DNA from: Nemertoderma westbladi
Taxonomy: Eukaryota; Animalia; Xenacoelomorpha
NCBI GenBank assembly: GCA_032718475.1
Contig: JAUCBJ010002913.1
Location: 1-44,352 of the forward strand
Direction: 5' to 3'
Length of the DNA: 44,352 bases
The position numbers and the translations under genes are program-made. Under the pieces are notes generated by a model. It saw only the letters and a list, made by a program, of their open reading frames with translations, was not told where the DNA came from and made no database searches. Positions 11,711-22,201 of the stretch are shown here, in pieces (position 1 is the first letter of the stretch; each line of letters starts with the position of its first letter).

Positions 11711-12269
11711 CGATTTTATGCCGCAATACGCCAAAATACTCTTGATACAGTGTAGTTCAGATGACGACATCTATCAGCTGATATGTCCACGTAGAGCTTT
11801 TTCTTTGTTCTTTGTTCACTCGACCAATCAGAGCGATTTTCATTTTATTTGCACAGAAGCCTCCGGGAAATCGCGCAATGCATTATGGTCTTTGTTTACC
11901 TTTTTTCCTAAGCCCAGAACATCGGCTGTGGAATTATTCTGTGTTTCAGACTTTAGCCAAACATTAGAACGGCTTTGATCATAGAAACGTATAACTGTTA
12001 TCAGCTTGTCATATCTCATACAAACCTGATCATATACAAACACCGCATTATTTTACTGCTATTTACTGTCGGTTATTAATTGTATCAGTTGATGGAATAT
12101 TGTTATATTTGGAGAATAACGATAAATAATCAGAAAACCCCAATCTTCTTGATATACTGAAGGTTAGAGAGACCGGTTACATATAGCAATTGCGACTTAC
12201 ATTATAGTGGTTTTGGAGTGAATTGAATGCTATTTCATAGGCCCTACATGTGTCAGTTGCTGTTCTCCT

Positions 12270-12307
12270 TATATATGATTAAAATTAGTGAAGGTTGGCA
12301 GATCAGT
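12270..12307 (+). promoter_or_regulatory. Candidate LTR TATA box / ATTAAA poly(A) signal / Inr cluster
   Basis: TATATA 12270-12275, ATTAAA 12278-12283 and TCAGT 12303-12307; same arrangement in the inner LTR (20015-20052). Confidence 0.45.
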
Positions 12308-12726
12308 GTGCAGCAGTGTGCGGTAGTGTGCATGAGTGTGATAGATAACAAAGCATTTCCTAAAGAATGCGCTTTATACGTGAATCATTAGCCATCCCGT
12401 TGTGTTTAGTGTAAGTCATAACTCTGTTTACATACTTAGAGCGCCACGTCCTAAAGGAACTGTTAATATTTCCCGAAAGTGAATAATATTTGTCAGAGAT
12501 ATTATATTAACGATCAATCGAATAGTACAGTAGGCCTACACCGCTATAAGGTCAGAGCATCCGAATCCAGTCTCCCTTAACCGTGGGTGAATGATCGCGC
12601 ATAGGCTGGCTTCGGCTAATGTAACTTATGTGTATCAAATACTTGTTATAGGCTAAAGTCGATTTATAACCTAGAATACACCTAAATTTGGCAGGTTAAA
12701 CTGCTAAAGGTCTAAAAGAGCGAACA

Positions 12727-12737
12727 ATAACAGTTAT
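12727..12737 (+). other. Non-tRNA primer-binding-site position of outer element, complementary to its own LTR 11991-12001
   Basis: ATAACAGTTAT lies directly after the LTR CA end; its reverse complement ATAACTGTTAT is at 11991-12001 (12 bp if 11990/12738 are included). No TGG start. Confidence 0.75.
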
Positions 12738-14247
12738 AATTTCTTTATTGCAACGTAGGCAATAAAGGCAAAAGTACCAGTTGACCGGTAACCAGTAGGC
12801 CTGACTACCTAACCACCCGAACCGGTACTTACAGCAGTACAGGTACAGCAGTATTATTCGATTTTGAGAATTATATACTGGTAGGTCTTGATATTTAATC
12901 AGGGACTGCAGCCTTGGTTTTTTATTGGTATTTTACTTATTTCTGTCAGTTTTACTTATTTGTAAGTTAATATTGAGCAGAAGGCGTGTAAGCCTGCTCA
13001 GATTGTATAAATAATTTGTAGGCTGGATTGTTGTCTGACTGTTGTTAAGTCTGAAGAGATTGCAGTGTGTGTAGAGTGTATGTCCAATAAAGTACTAGTT
13101 AGGATCGTGGGAGCATCCAGTGCTGTAAGGTAAATCCCCCCGAAAGAATAAGTCGTACTACTCGGTTAGAACGCATACTAACTAACCATTTCGGAGTCTG
13201 CATATACTGTAGTTTATTTAGGCTTGATAGTAGTCTGCCAGCGTTTGGTTTGTATTTTGTTTGTGTAGTCTGTACGGGTAGCGTAATATTTATTATTCAG
13301 AGTTTATGCGATTATTCGCAACATACATACCCCCAAGTTTATTCCTACAGTAATTGTGCTTGTTATACATACCGTTATATTTAAATTAACCCCGGTACTA
13401 CATCAGGGCTGTTTGGCGTAGGTAAAGACTGGTGATTTTATGCTCCGGTCACTCCGGCAGATACCGTGGTTCTTTTAGCTGTACAAGTATTTTTAACTGC
13501 TGGTTATTTGTTGTATACCTACTTGTACCTAATTTAGGGTTTAGTGTACAGTGCTTTCCGAAGGTAATTAGTTTGTAGACAGTATATTTGTGTTGTAAAG
13601 TGGTTAATAGGCACGTTAGGTATAGTAGGCTGCAGTAATCAACTTCTAGGTAGGAACACTCCATGTACATAACGTAGTACTTATAGCGCTACGGCTATAA
13701 GTCGTCAGACGGTGGTATTTTTCCTATCTAGACAATGCAATTTATTTTCTACTGCTTTATTATTTTCAAATACCGTAGTATCCTGTCCGTTTGTAATAAC
13801 CAGATATTCTAACCCCTTGTTAGGCTGGTTTGTAGATTTCTTGTAAAATTACCCCTAAAATTTGTACGTGTAATTTTTGTGTTTGTTTAGAGATTGTAAT
13901 CTCACCCCGTATTGTACGTAATTTGTAGTAATAAGTAACTTAGGAAAGTAGAATTATTTGTTTTAGTGTCCAACAAGTAGCACTTCACTGAGAGTGTACA
14001 GCTTCTGTGTAGTGACTCCCTCCCAGAAATAATAACATTTATTTCAAACATTGACAAAAACCCATAAAAAGGTATATATATATATTTTATAAATCAACTC
14101 AAACCGATTTATAAAACAGTAGGCCTGTCATACATCAATTAGGTCTTAATATCAGTTGGACTACTGCTTAAATAACGGTAATAAAGTAAAGTAAAGTAAC
14201 TAAGTACCCCTAAAATTCAGACATTCAATTATTCTAAAATAATTGCC

Positions 14248-14505
14248 ATACCGGTATTTACAATAGGCTTATTATATTTATTCTATAAATTTAAGCTGAA
14301 ATTATATACCGGTATTCTGTAATTAATTCTAGTCTATAATTATACTTATGTATACACTATAAGTGTAAGCTGTATACCGGTATTCACGATAGGCTTATTA
14401 TATATTTATATATATTTGTGCTGAAATTATATACCGGTATTCTGTGACAAACCTAGTCTGTAATAATACTTATATATATACTATAAGTGTATACCGGTAT
14501 TCTAA
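14248..14505. repeat. Degenerate AT-rich tandem repeats built on tataccggtattc in the long 5' leader
   Basis: Five ataccggtatt cores in an approximately duplicated ~125-bp unit. Confidence 0.6.
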
Positions 14506-14639
14506 TATATAGTGTATATATATCACGTTACACTGGATAACGATATCGGTAATTAATTACTAGGCTAACAGTGATACTGAATTACTAGACTTGCTTTAAC
14601 TGTAATTATAGCAGTAGGCATTCAACTGTACAAACAAAC

Positions 14640-17600
14640 ATGTCTGACACAAAGCAAAACATGTCAGACAATCTCCTAGATACAACCATCTGTAACCCAG
14701 ATAGGAGTGCTGAACGTTTGAGACCAAAGTTCAACTCACCTCCTACTGTAAGAAAGATCATCCCTCCAGTAGTAATATCAGACCCTAGGCTAGTCCAATA
14801 CCGTAGGTCTATCATAGGCACTCGGGCTCAAGTCAAGCGGGATCAAGAAGCAGCTGTCAAACAGCAGCAACACCCTAGCCGAGAACTTATTTCTCAGCGG
14901 CCCGATAGCTCCAGTAGTTTGGATAATGTAGAGCTGACACCCGAGCGTGGAGCAAAGATGGAAGATGCGGTTTATTCGGATCCCCTTCTCATTCTTCCTG
15001 CGGCCGTACTCACTAGGGTATTGATTGCGGTGGAGGAACACCAAATTGATTGGGCGAGAAGTAAGCGATCGACCAAGGACAGTTATGCGGGATACACAAG
15101 GGAGGAACTGAAGTCTATTGTCGAGTCGCAATGGAACTTCCCCGGACCCGGACTCCCGTTTGACTTATCGGAAGCTGCCTGGGAAGACATACACAGGATG
15201 GGAGTGACAAAAGACACTAGTGATCCCGCTGTGTGGAAGAGGTCGGCAGCAGGATACGTACAGGGATTCTTCAGCTCTTTGGAGCGATTAGAGGAACAAC
15301 TGTTTCAACAACCCCAAGGACCTCAAGAGCAGGGAGAGCTGCTTTATCAAGTTCGAGAAAGAATTCTAAGAATCAGACTAATCCTATCGGCCTTTGAGGA
15401 GGCTTCGAAAAGAAGACAAGACACGTCGTTGCAAGTTGCCGTAAAGACTTGGTTTCAGCGGGTGAGTCTCAAGGTTCAAGGAACGGCCCAGTGGAAATCT
15501 CAGCTGGCTGAGCGCTCAACCATGGAGAATCAACAGACGCTACCTTTTCCCAAGTGGAAAGTGAAGCGACAGCAGAGAAACCGCATAAGAGGGACGCTAT
15601 TGATATCTATCTGTCAGACTATCAACGATTTCTAGGTGATGAAGAGTTGAGGAGAAGGCTGGCTGGACTTCGTCCTAGTAGTGAAGGAGCCAAGTTTGTG
15701 CTGGACGCAATAGATACGGAAATGCTAGCTGCGAACCAAGCTAAATTTGATGAAAGCATCCGCATCGCTAAGGTTCAAGAAGAACAAGTAAAGAAAAAAC
15801 GTATAGAAGACCGAAAGGTGGCAGCAGTGGCAGAGGCAGAAGCGGAAAGAAAAGCGGCAGAAGCGGAAAGAAAAGCGGCCGAAGTGGAAAGGAAAGTGGC
15901 AATGGCAGCGGCAGAAGCGGAAAGAAAAGCAGCCGAAGCGGAAAGAAAAGCGGCAGCGGCAGTGGCAGAAGCAGAACGGAAGGCATCTGAAGAGACAGCC
16001 CAACTAGAGTTGGAAAATCTTCAAGAGAAGCAAGACAACTTCAAGAAACAGATAACAGCTAGTCAGATGCAGCTGATAAGTAGATCCACCCCCAAGCGAC
16101 AGGGCTTTACATCATCGGATGAAGGCAATACAACAGATCCTGAAGGCGGAGGAAATAGATCTCGTCTCAGCAGGCGTAGAAGAATGCCCCACCGTCAGAA
16201 ATTGCCTGATTTGCCCCCAGCTGTGAGAAGGCAACTAGCTAGCACAGACTTAGGTAGTACAGAACCCACAGACCAAATTATTAGAGTAGAAAGACTCCCT
16301 ACTATAGTAGATGAGCCTGAAATCATTAGGCCTGTTCTCAAAGCCACCCCTCCGGTGATAGAGACACCTGTACTCCCAGAACCTACCTCTAAATTCCCTT
16401 TGCACAGCACTAAACTACCTGTGCCCAACAGAACCGCCCCTGAGACAGTTCCTGTCCTGGACTCCGAGCGAAATATCAATGATTTGTCGCCCGTTGTCCC
16501 TCGTCTACCCGCTACTATGTTGGCGGCTCCCGCTTCGGCGGTCGAGTGGGTGGATGAGAGACGGCGGGGGATGGATCTCCTGCTCGGGCAGATGCAGGAG
16601 ACTGTTCACCAATTCAAGGGAACAGTAAGGGAAAGTAGGTTAGAGTTGCAAGAAGTGCAGCAGAATATCGCGTTAGAACGCGATAAATTAGTAAATATAC
16701 AAAAAGGTATACCACCACCCCCTGTAACAATGTGTCAACCTGTTAGGTCTGAAGTATTTCATGCGCGAGGTGTGGAGCCTACACGCATCTATACTGCTAG
16801 TGAAGTAGAAACTCCTATAGTAAACCCTATTAAGGGTAATTATAAACCTGTTGACAATGATATTCCATATAGACCTGATCATAATCCGAGAAATTTAAAT
16901 ACCGATAACTCGATATTAAATAACACGAAGGCCCAAGAAAGTTTTACGCGTCAAATGGCTAGAACCGAAGCCCGTCAAGCGGTAAAGGTGCGAGAGATCG
17001 TCAAGTTCAATGGAGATGAGATGAAATGGTTACCTTTTAATGAATATTACAAAGATAACATACAGAACTCTGTGCTATCTAACGGAGAGAAACTTAGATT
17101 CCTCATCGAGTGCTTGGAAGGATCTCCCAAGTTAATGGCGTTAAAGTTTATTGGACATCCAGATGGATTAAGACAAGTTTGGGATACACTAAACATCAGG
17201 TATGGTAATAAGAATAACATAGCTAGGTATTTGTATGCAAAATTGGTAGCGCCCCGAAAGTTCATTAGCAGCGGGATTATAGAGTTTTCCGATGAGATTC
17301 AGGAGATCTGTAGACAATTAGATTGGCTAGGTAAATCTCATGAATATCAGAGTTCTATGGTTATTGGAGCCGTGGCCTCTACTTTACCAAAGGGTGGAGT
17401 AGGTACATGCTGGGACAAGAAAGTCTTATATATGATGGAACAACAATGAAGAGACCCTACCATGGCTGATCTCATGTCATTCTTAGATGGAGAGGTAAAA
17501 TTACAGCTCCTAAAGCAGTCCAGAGAGAAGACACCGGAAAATAAGGTAAGTGAGAAACCCGTTTCTAGGAGAAAGGTAACACCAGTGTGTTATACAGACA

Positions 17601-19279
17601 ACGGCGAAAGCCAGGCCTCTCAAGAAGAGGACAGCGGGAAAGACACTGAAAGATCTTACTATGTCAACAAAGCGCCTAAAGACTAAGTAAATTTAAGTCT
17701 CGATCCAATGACAGGAGAGAACAGGTAACAAAAACTCCTCCTACGTCTCCTAATAGAGTTCACGGAAGAAAGCCCGAGGAAAGAACGAGAGTGCACAACG
17801 TTACCCAAAGTAAGGTGAGTAACATCAAACCAAAATGTGCGCTGTGCGACGGGCCCCACCGTTTAAGAGTGTGTGATAAATTTTTAAAGAAATCACTACA
17901 AGATAGACGTGAAGTCATGTGGGATAAGCGGTTGTGTTATAATTGCCTCAGACAAGGACACCAACGGCGAACCTGTTACTCCGACACAAGGTGTGCAAAG
18001 TGCGGCGTAAAACATCATATCTTGTTGCACACTGAATTCGAAAGAAACAGCCCGAGTCAGGTAAGTGAGTCCGAACTACATGTCCAATTCAGTGATGTGA
18101 ACGACACTGATCAAAGTTCTGAGATGGAAGGATTCTATACAGATGAATTCTCCGACGAAAACGAATCCTGTTACCTAATAAATACCGCAGTGTATCGAGC
18201 ACTTACGTATGAGAAAGAAACTGACAGTGACCTCCCGCTAACTTCTCCTGACCGACAACCATCTTGGAAAGCACCAACTTCCAATGTAGGAATCCGAGAA
18301 TTTCCCGTAGTGCAGTTGAGAGTCCACGGGCCTGACAAGAGTTATATAGTGAACGCCCTCCTTGACTACGGCAGCACAGGAACATTCATCGACAAAGAAC
18401 TAGCCGAAGACATCTTTGCTGGACAACCCAAGTTCCGAACTAAGTTAAACATGTCAGGAACTATGCAGGTTTGCAGTAATTATATATACAGTAATTGCAG
18501 ATTACTATGTAGGTGCGTTGTCCACCCCCCAGGATGAACTAGGAGAACACAGCATAAGGTCAGTAAAATTGGTGGCGATAAAGAACTTCGCTACCAGCCA
18601 AGTGGAACCTTATAACTGGGATGAGGACGATTTCACCCAGCAGCATAAGATACCTAGATTCAACACAGACTACCCTGGAGTGCAAATACTCATCGGCCAA
18701 AATGCGCATGAGGCGCTTGAGACATTGGAGAAACGGCCTGCTCAACCGCAACCACTACAAACCTATGCGGGAAGAACTAGAGTAGGTTGGTACTTTACTG
18801 GCCCTTCCCGTAGAACTCTCATGGAAAGGTTACCCAAAGAAAGGGTCTACCAGGTAAGCGAATGGGAAGAGGAGATCAGTGAGGTAGACGACACAACTGA
18901 GGGAACACCATACTCCTCAGATAATGACGACATCCACCAACTCTTCGATGAGGAGAAGACCATCGACCTCCTTACGGAAAACGAAACTTGGCAAAACCAA
19001 GTGAACCTATGTCACCTCATTCATCCAGCTGAACAAGTCGAATACAACGAAGAACTGAATGAAGTGATAGATCGCTACAATGCGAAGACTCGCGATGAAC
19101 ACGCCGTACGATTCTTTACTCAAGAGGCTGTAGAGCCCAATTCCTACGATAAGGCCCTATCGGTAGAAGAAGAAAGAGCCAAGCAGATCCAGGAAACAAC
19201 TACACGTTTTCTTAAAGATCAAGGAAGATATGAAATTGGTCTGCCATTTCGAAAGCGAGAACCTAAATTTATAAACAAC
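14640..19279 (+). pseudogene. gag: Outer element gag-protease region (frameshifts and stops), ending at the nested insertion
   Basis: ORFs 14640-15635, 15554-17449, 17462-17686, 17791-18537 and 18518-19279. Contains a DUF1759-like capsid segment (KFNGDEMKW...LSNGEKLRFLIECLEG), three zinc knuckles (CALCDGPHRLRVC, CYNCLRQGHQRRTC, CAKCGVKHHILLH) and protease ALLDYGS (DSG in the inner copy). CGA>TGA stop at 17447-17449. Confidence 0.9.
15820..15990 (+). repeat. Coding repeat AEAERKA (21-bp units), predicted coiled coil in Gag
   Basis: gcagaagcggaaagaaaagcg repeated; protein AEAEAERKAAEAERKAAEVERKVA... Confidence 0.8.
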
Positions 19280-20479
19280 TGTAAAAGCTTTTGCGGGATA
19301 TAACTGGCCCTTTTGCTTCGCAATCCAGTTTCCCTTAATGCGCTCAAATACTCTAAAGAAAAACTCCCTAACTCAAAGGATGAAAGCTACCGGCTGATTG
19401 GCTGATTTGCCTAGCGACGGCCTCTTTGTTGGGTTCGATCAACCAACCAGAGCAAGGTCAACCAAGCAGAGCGATTCAGCCTTATGTTGGCTAAATCAAT
19501 GTAATTGGCTGCAAAGGCTAAGGTGGTTTGGCATTTTAGACGATTTGGAACCTGTGGAATATGGAACTCTGCCAATGAGAGCTTTTCCTTTCTGTGTTGA
19601 AATCTACCTGCAGCAGCTCACAGGGTTCAGTGTGTTGGTTTTCCTGATGCCATGAACATCGGCCATGGAATTATTCTGAATTATTCCAACATTAGAACGT
19701 CTTTAATTATAAGATCACATAACTGTTACCGGTACATGACCAGCACTGGACAGCGTGAGGACCGGTACGGTACCTGCTGCTGTATTGCACATTATTTACT
19801 GCTATTTGCTGTTTGTTATTAAATGTATCATTCGTTTGCATATTGTTATTTGGAGAATAACTATAAACGATCAGAAACCCCGATCTTCTTGATACACTAA
19901 GGTTAGAGAGACTGGCTACATATAGCAATTGCGGCTTATATTATCGTGGTTTGTAGTGTGTAGTGAATTGAATGCTATTTTATAGGCCCTACAAATGCCA
20001 GTTGCTATTCTCTTTATATATGATTAAAATCAGTGACTATCGGCAATTCAGTGTGCAGCGGTGTGCAATAGTCTGTATGTGCTTGTCCGCGTAACAAAGC
20101 ATCTCCTAAAGAATGCGCCTTATGTGTAACTTATAATCCATTCGTTGTGTTTAGTGTAAGCCATAGCTCTGTTTATATAGATAGAGCGCCACGTCCTAAA
20201 GGAACTGCTAATATTTCCCGAAAGTGAATAATATTTGTCAGAGATTATATATTAACGATCAATCGAATAGTACGGTAGGCCTGCACCGCAATCAAATTAA
20301 AGCATCCGAATCCAGTCTCCCGGGTATATCCAGCGGGTGAATGGTCGCGCATAGACTGGCTTCGGCTAATGTTGGATTTATTTGTGTCAAATACTTGTCA
20401 TAGGCTAAAGTCGATTTATAACCTAGAAGACATATAGATTTGGCGGGTTAAACTGCCAAAGGTCTTAAAAGCGCGAACA
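19280..20479 (+). repeat. 5' LTR of inner element
   Basis: TGTAAAAGCTTTT...AAAAGCGCGAACA, 1200 bp. Confidence 0.95.
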
Positions 20480-20490
20480 GTAACAGTTAT
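20480..20490 (+). other. Non-tRNA primer-binding-site position of inner element, complementary to its own LTR 19719-19729
   Basis: GTAACAGTTAT lies directly after the LTR; its reverse complement ATAACTGTTAC is at 19719-19729. Confidence 0.75.
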
Positions 20491-20760
20491 AGCTTCTTGA
20501 TTGCGGCGTAAGCAATCAAGTTGATAGTACCGGTCGACCGGTAACCAGTAGGCCTGACTGCCTGATCATCCGGACCGGTACTTACTTACAGTACAGGTAC
20601 AGCAGTATTATTTCGATTGTGATATTGTATATTGTAGGCTGTTAGGGGATTAGGGATTGATCACCCCTTATTCCTTTGCATGGTTTACTTATTTCTGTCA
20701 GTTTTATTTACTAGTAGGCTAATATTGAGCAAAAGACGTGTAAACCTGCTCAGATTGTAC

Positions 20761-21340
20761 AGATAATTTGTAGGCTGGACTGTTGTCTGACTGTTGATAG
20801 GTCTGAACGGATTGCAGTGCATGTAGAGTGTATGTCCGATAAAGTGCCGGTTAGAAATGTAGGGGCAGCCAGAGCTGTAAGGTAAATCCCCCACCGAAAG
20901 AATAAGTCGTACTACTAGGTTAGAACGCATACTAACTAACCATTTCGGAGTCTGCATGTCCTGTAGTTTATTTAGGCTTAATAGTAGTCTGCCAGCGTTT
21001 GGTCTGTATTTTGTTTGTGTAGTTTGTACGGGTAGCGTAATATTTCTTATTTAGATAATTTGTAGGCTGGATAGTTGTCTGACTGTTGTTGGGTTTGAGG
21101 AAATTTCGGTGTGTGTAGAGCATCTGTCCGATAAAGTGTTGGGAACGTAGGGGCTTCAAGTGCTGTGAGGTAAACCCCCTGTGAAGGATAAGTCGTACTA
21201 CTAGGTTAGAACACATACTAACTAATCATTTCGGAGTCTGCATATACCGTAGTATGTTTAGGCTTGATAGTAGTCTGTCAGTATTTGGTCTGCATTTTGT
21301 TTGAGTAGTTTGTACGCGTAGCGTAATATTTATTATTCAG
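20761..21340 (+). repeat. ~290-bp diverged tandem duplication in the inner element leader
   Basis: agataatttgtaggctgga... starts at 20761 and again at 21053; single copy in the outer element (~13010-13295). Confidence 0.75.
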
Positions 21341-22201
21341 AGTTTATGCGATTATTCGCAACATTCATATCCCCAAGTTTATTCCTATAGTAATTGTGTT
21401 TGTTATACATACCGTTATAGTTAAACTAACCCCGGTACTACATCAGGGCTGCTCGGCGTAGGTAAAGACTGGAGATTTTGTGCTTTGGTCACTCCGGCAG
21501 ATACCGTGGTTCTTTTAGCTGTTCAAGTATTTTTAACTACTGATTATTTGTTGTACAAGTACTTGTACCTAATTTAGGGTTTAGTGTACAGTGCTTTCCG
21601 AAAGCAATTAGTGTGTAGGCAGTATATTTGTGTTGTAAAGTGGTTAATAGGCACGTTGGTTCTGGTAGACCGCGGTAATTAATCTCTAGGTAGGAACACT
21701 CCGTGATACATAACGTAGTACCTATAGCGATACGGTTATAGGTCGTCAGGCGGTGGTATTTTCCTATCTGGACAACGCAGTATATTTACTACTACTTATT
21801 ATTTTCAAATACCGTAGTAACCTGTCCGTCGTAATAACCAGATATTCTAACCCTTTGTTAGGCTGGTTTGTAGATTCCCTGTAAAATTACCCTAAAAATT
21901 CGTATTTGTGTATTTGTAATTTTTGTGTTTATTTAGAGATTGTAATCTCACCCAGATTGTACGTAATTTGTAGTAATAAGTAACTTAGGTAAATTAGAAT
22001 TATTTTATTTTAGTGTCCAATAATTAGCACTCCACTGAGAGCGCACAGCTTATGTGTAGTGACTCCCCCAGAAATAATAACATTTATTTCAAATATTGAC
22101 AAAACCCATTAAACGGGTATATATATATTATAAACGCGTCACCCGAACCCATCCTGGACGCCGAGCGAGATATTAAGAATTTATCGCCCGTCGTCTCTCG
22201 C

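Larger units (their letters stand above)
11556..12726 (+). repeat. 5' LTR of outer element
   Basis: TGTAAACGCTTTT...AAAAGAGCGAACA; near-identical to 36259-37429 (about 7 substitutions counted by eye). Confidence 0.95.

Noticed and set aside
11685-12043. Short ORFs inside LTRs (also 19398-19655, 19707-19928 and their 3' LTR copies)
   Set aside because: They recur only because LTRs are duplicated and are not conserved between the two LTR types.
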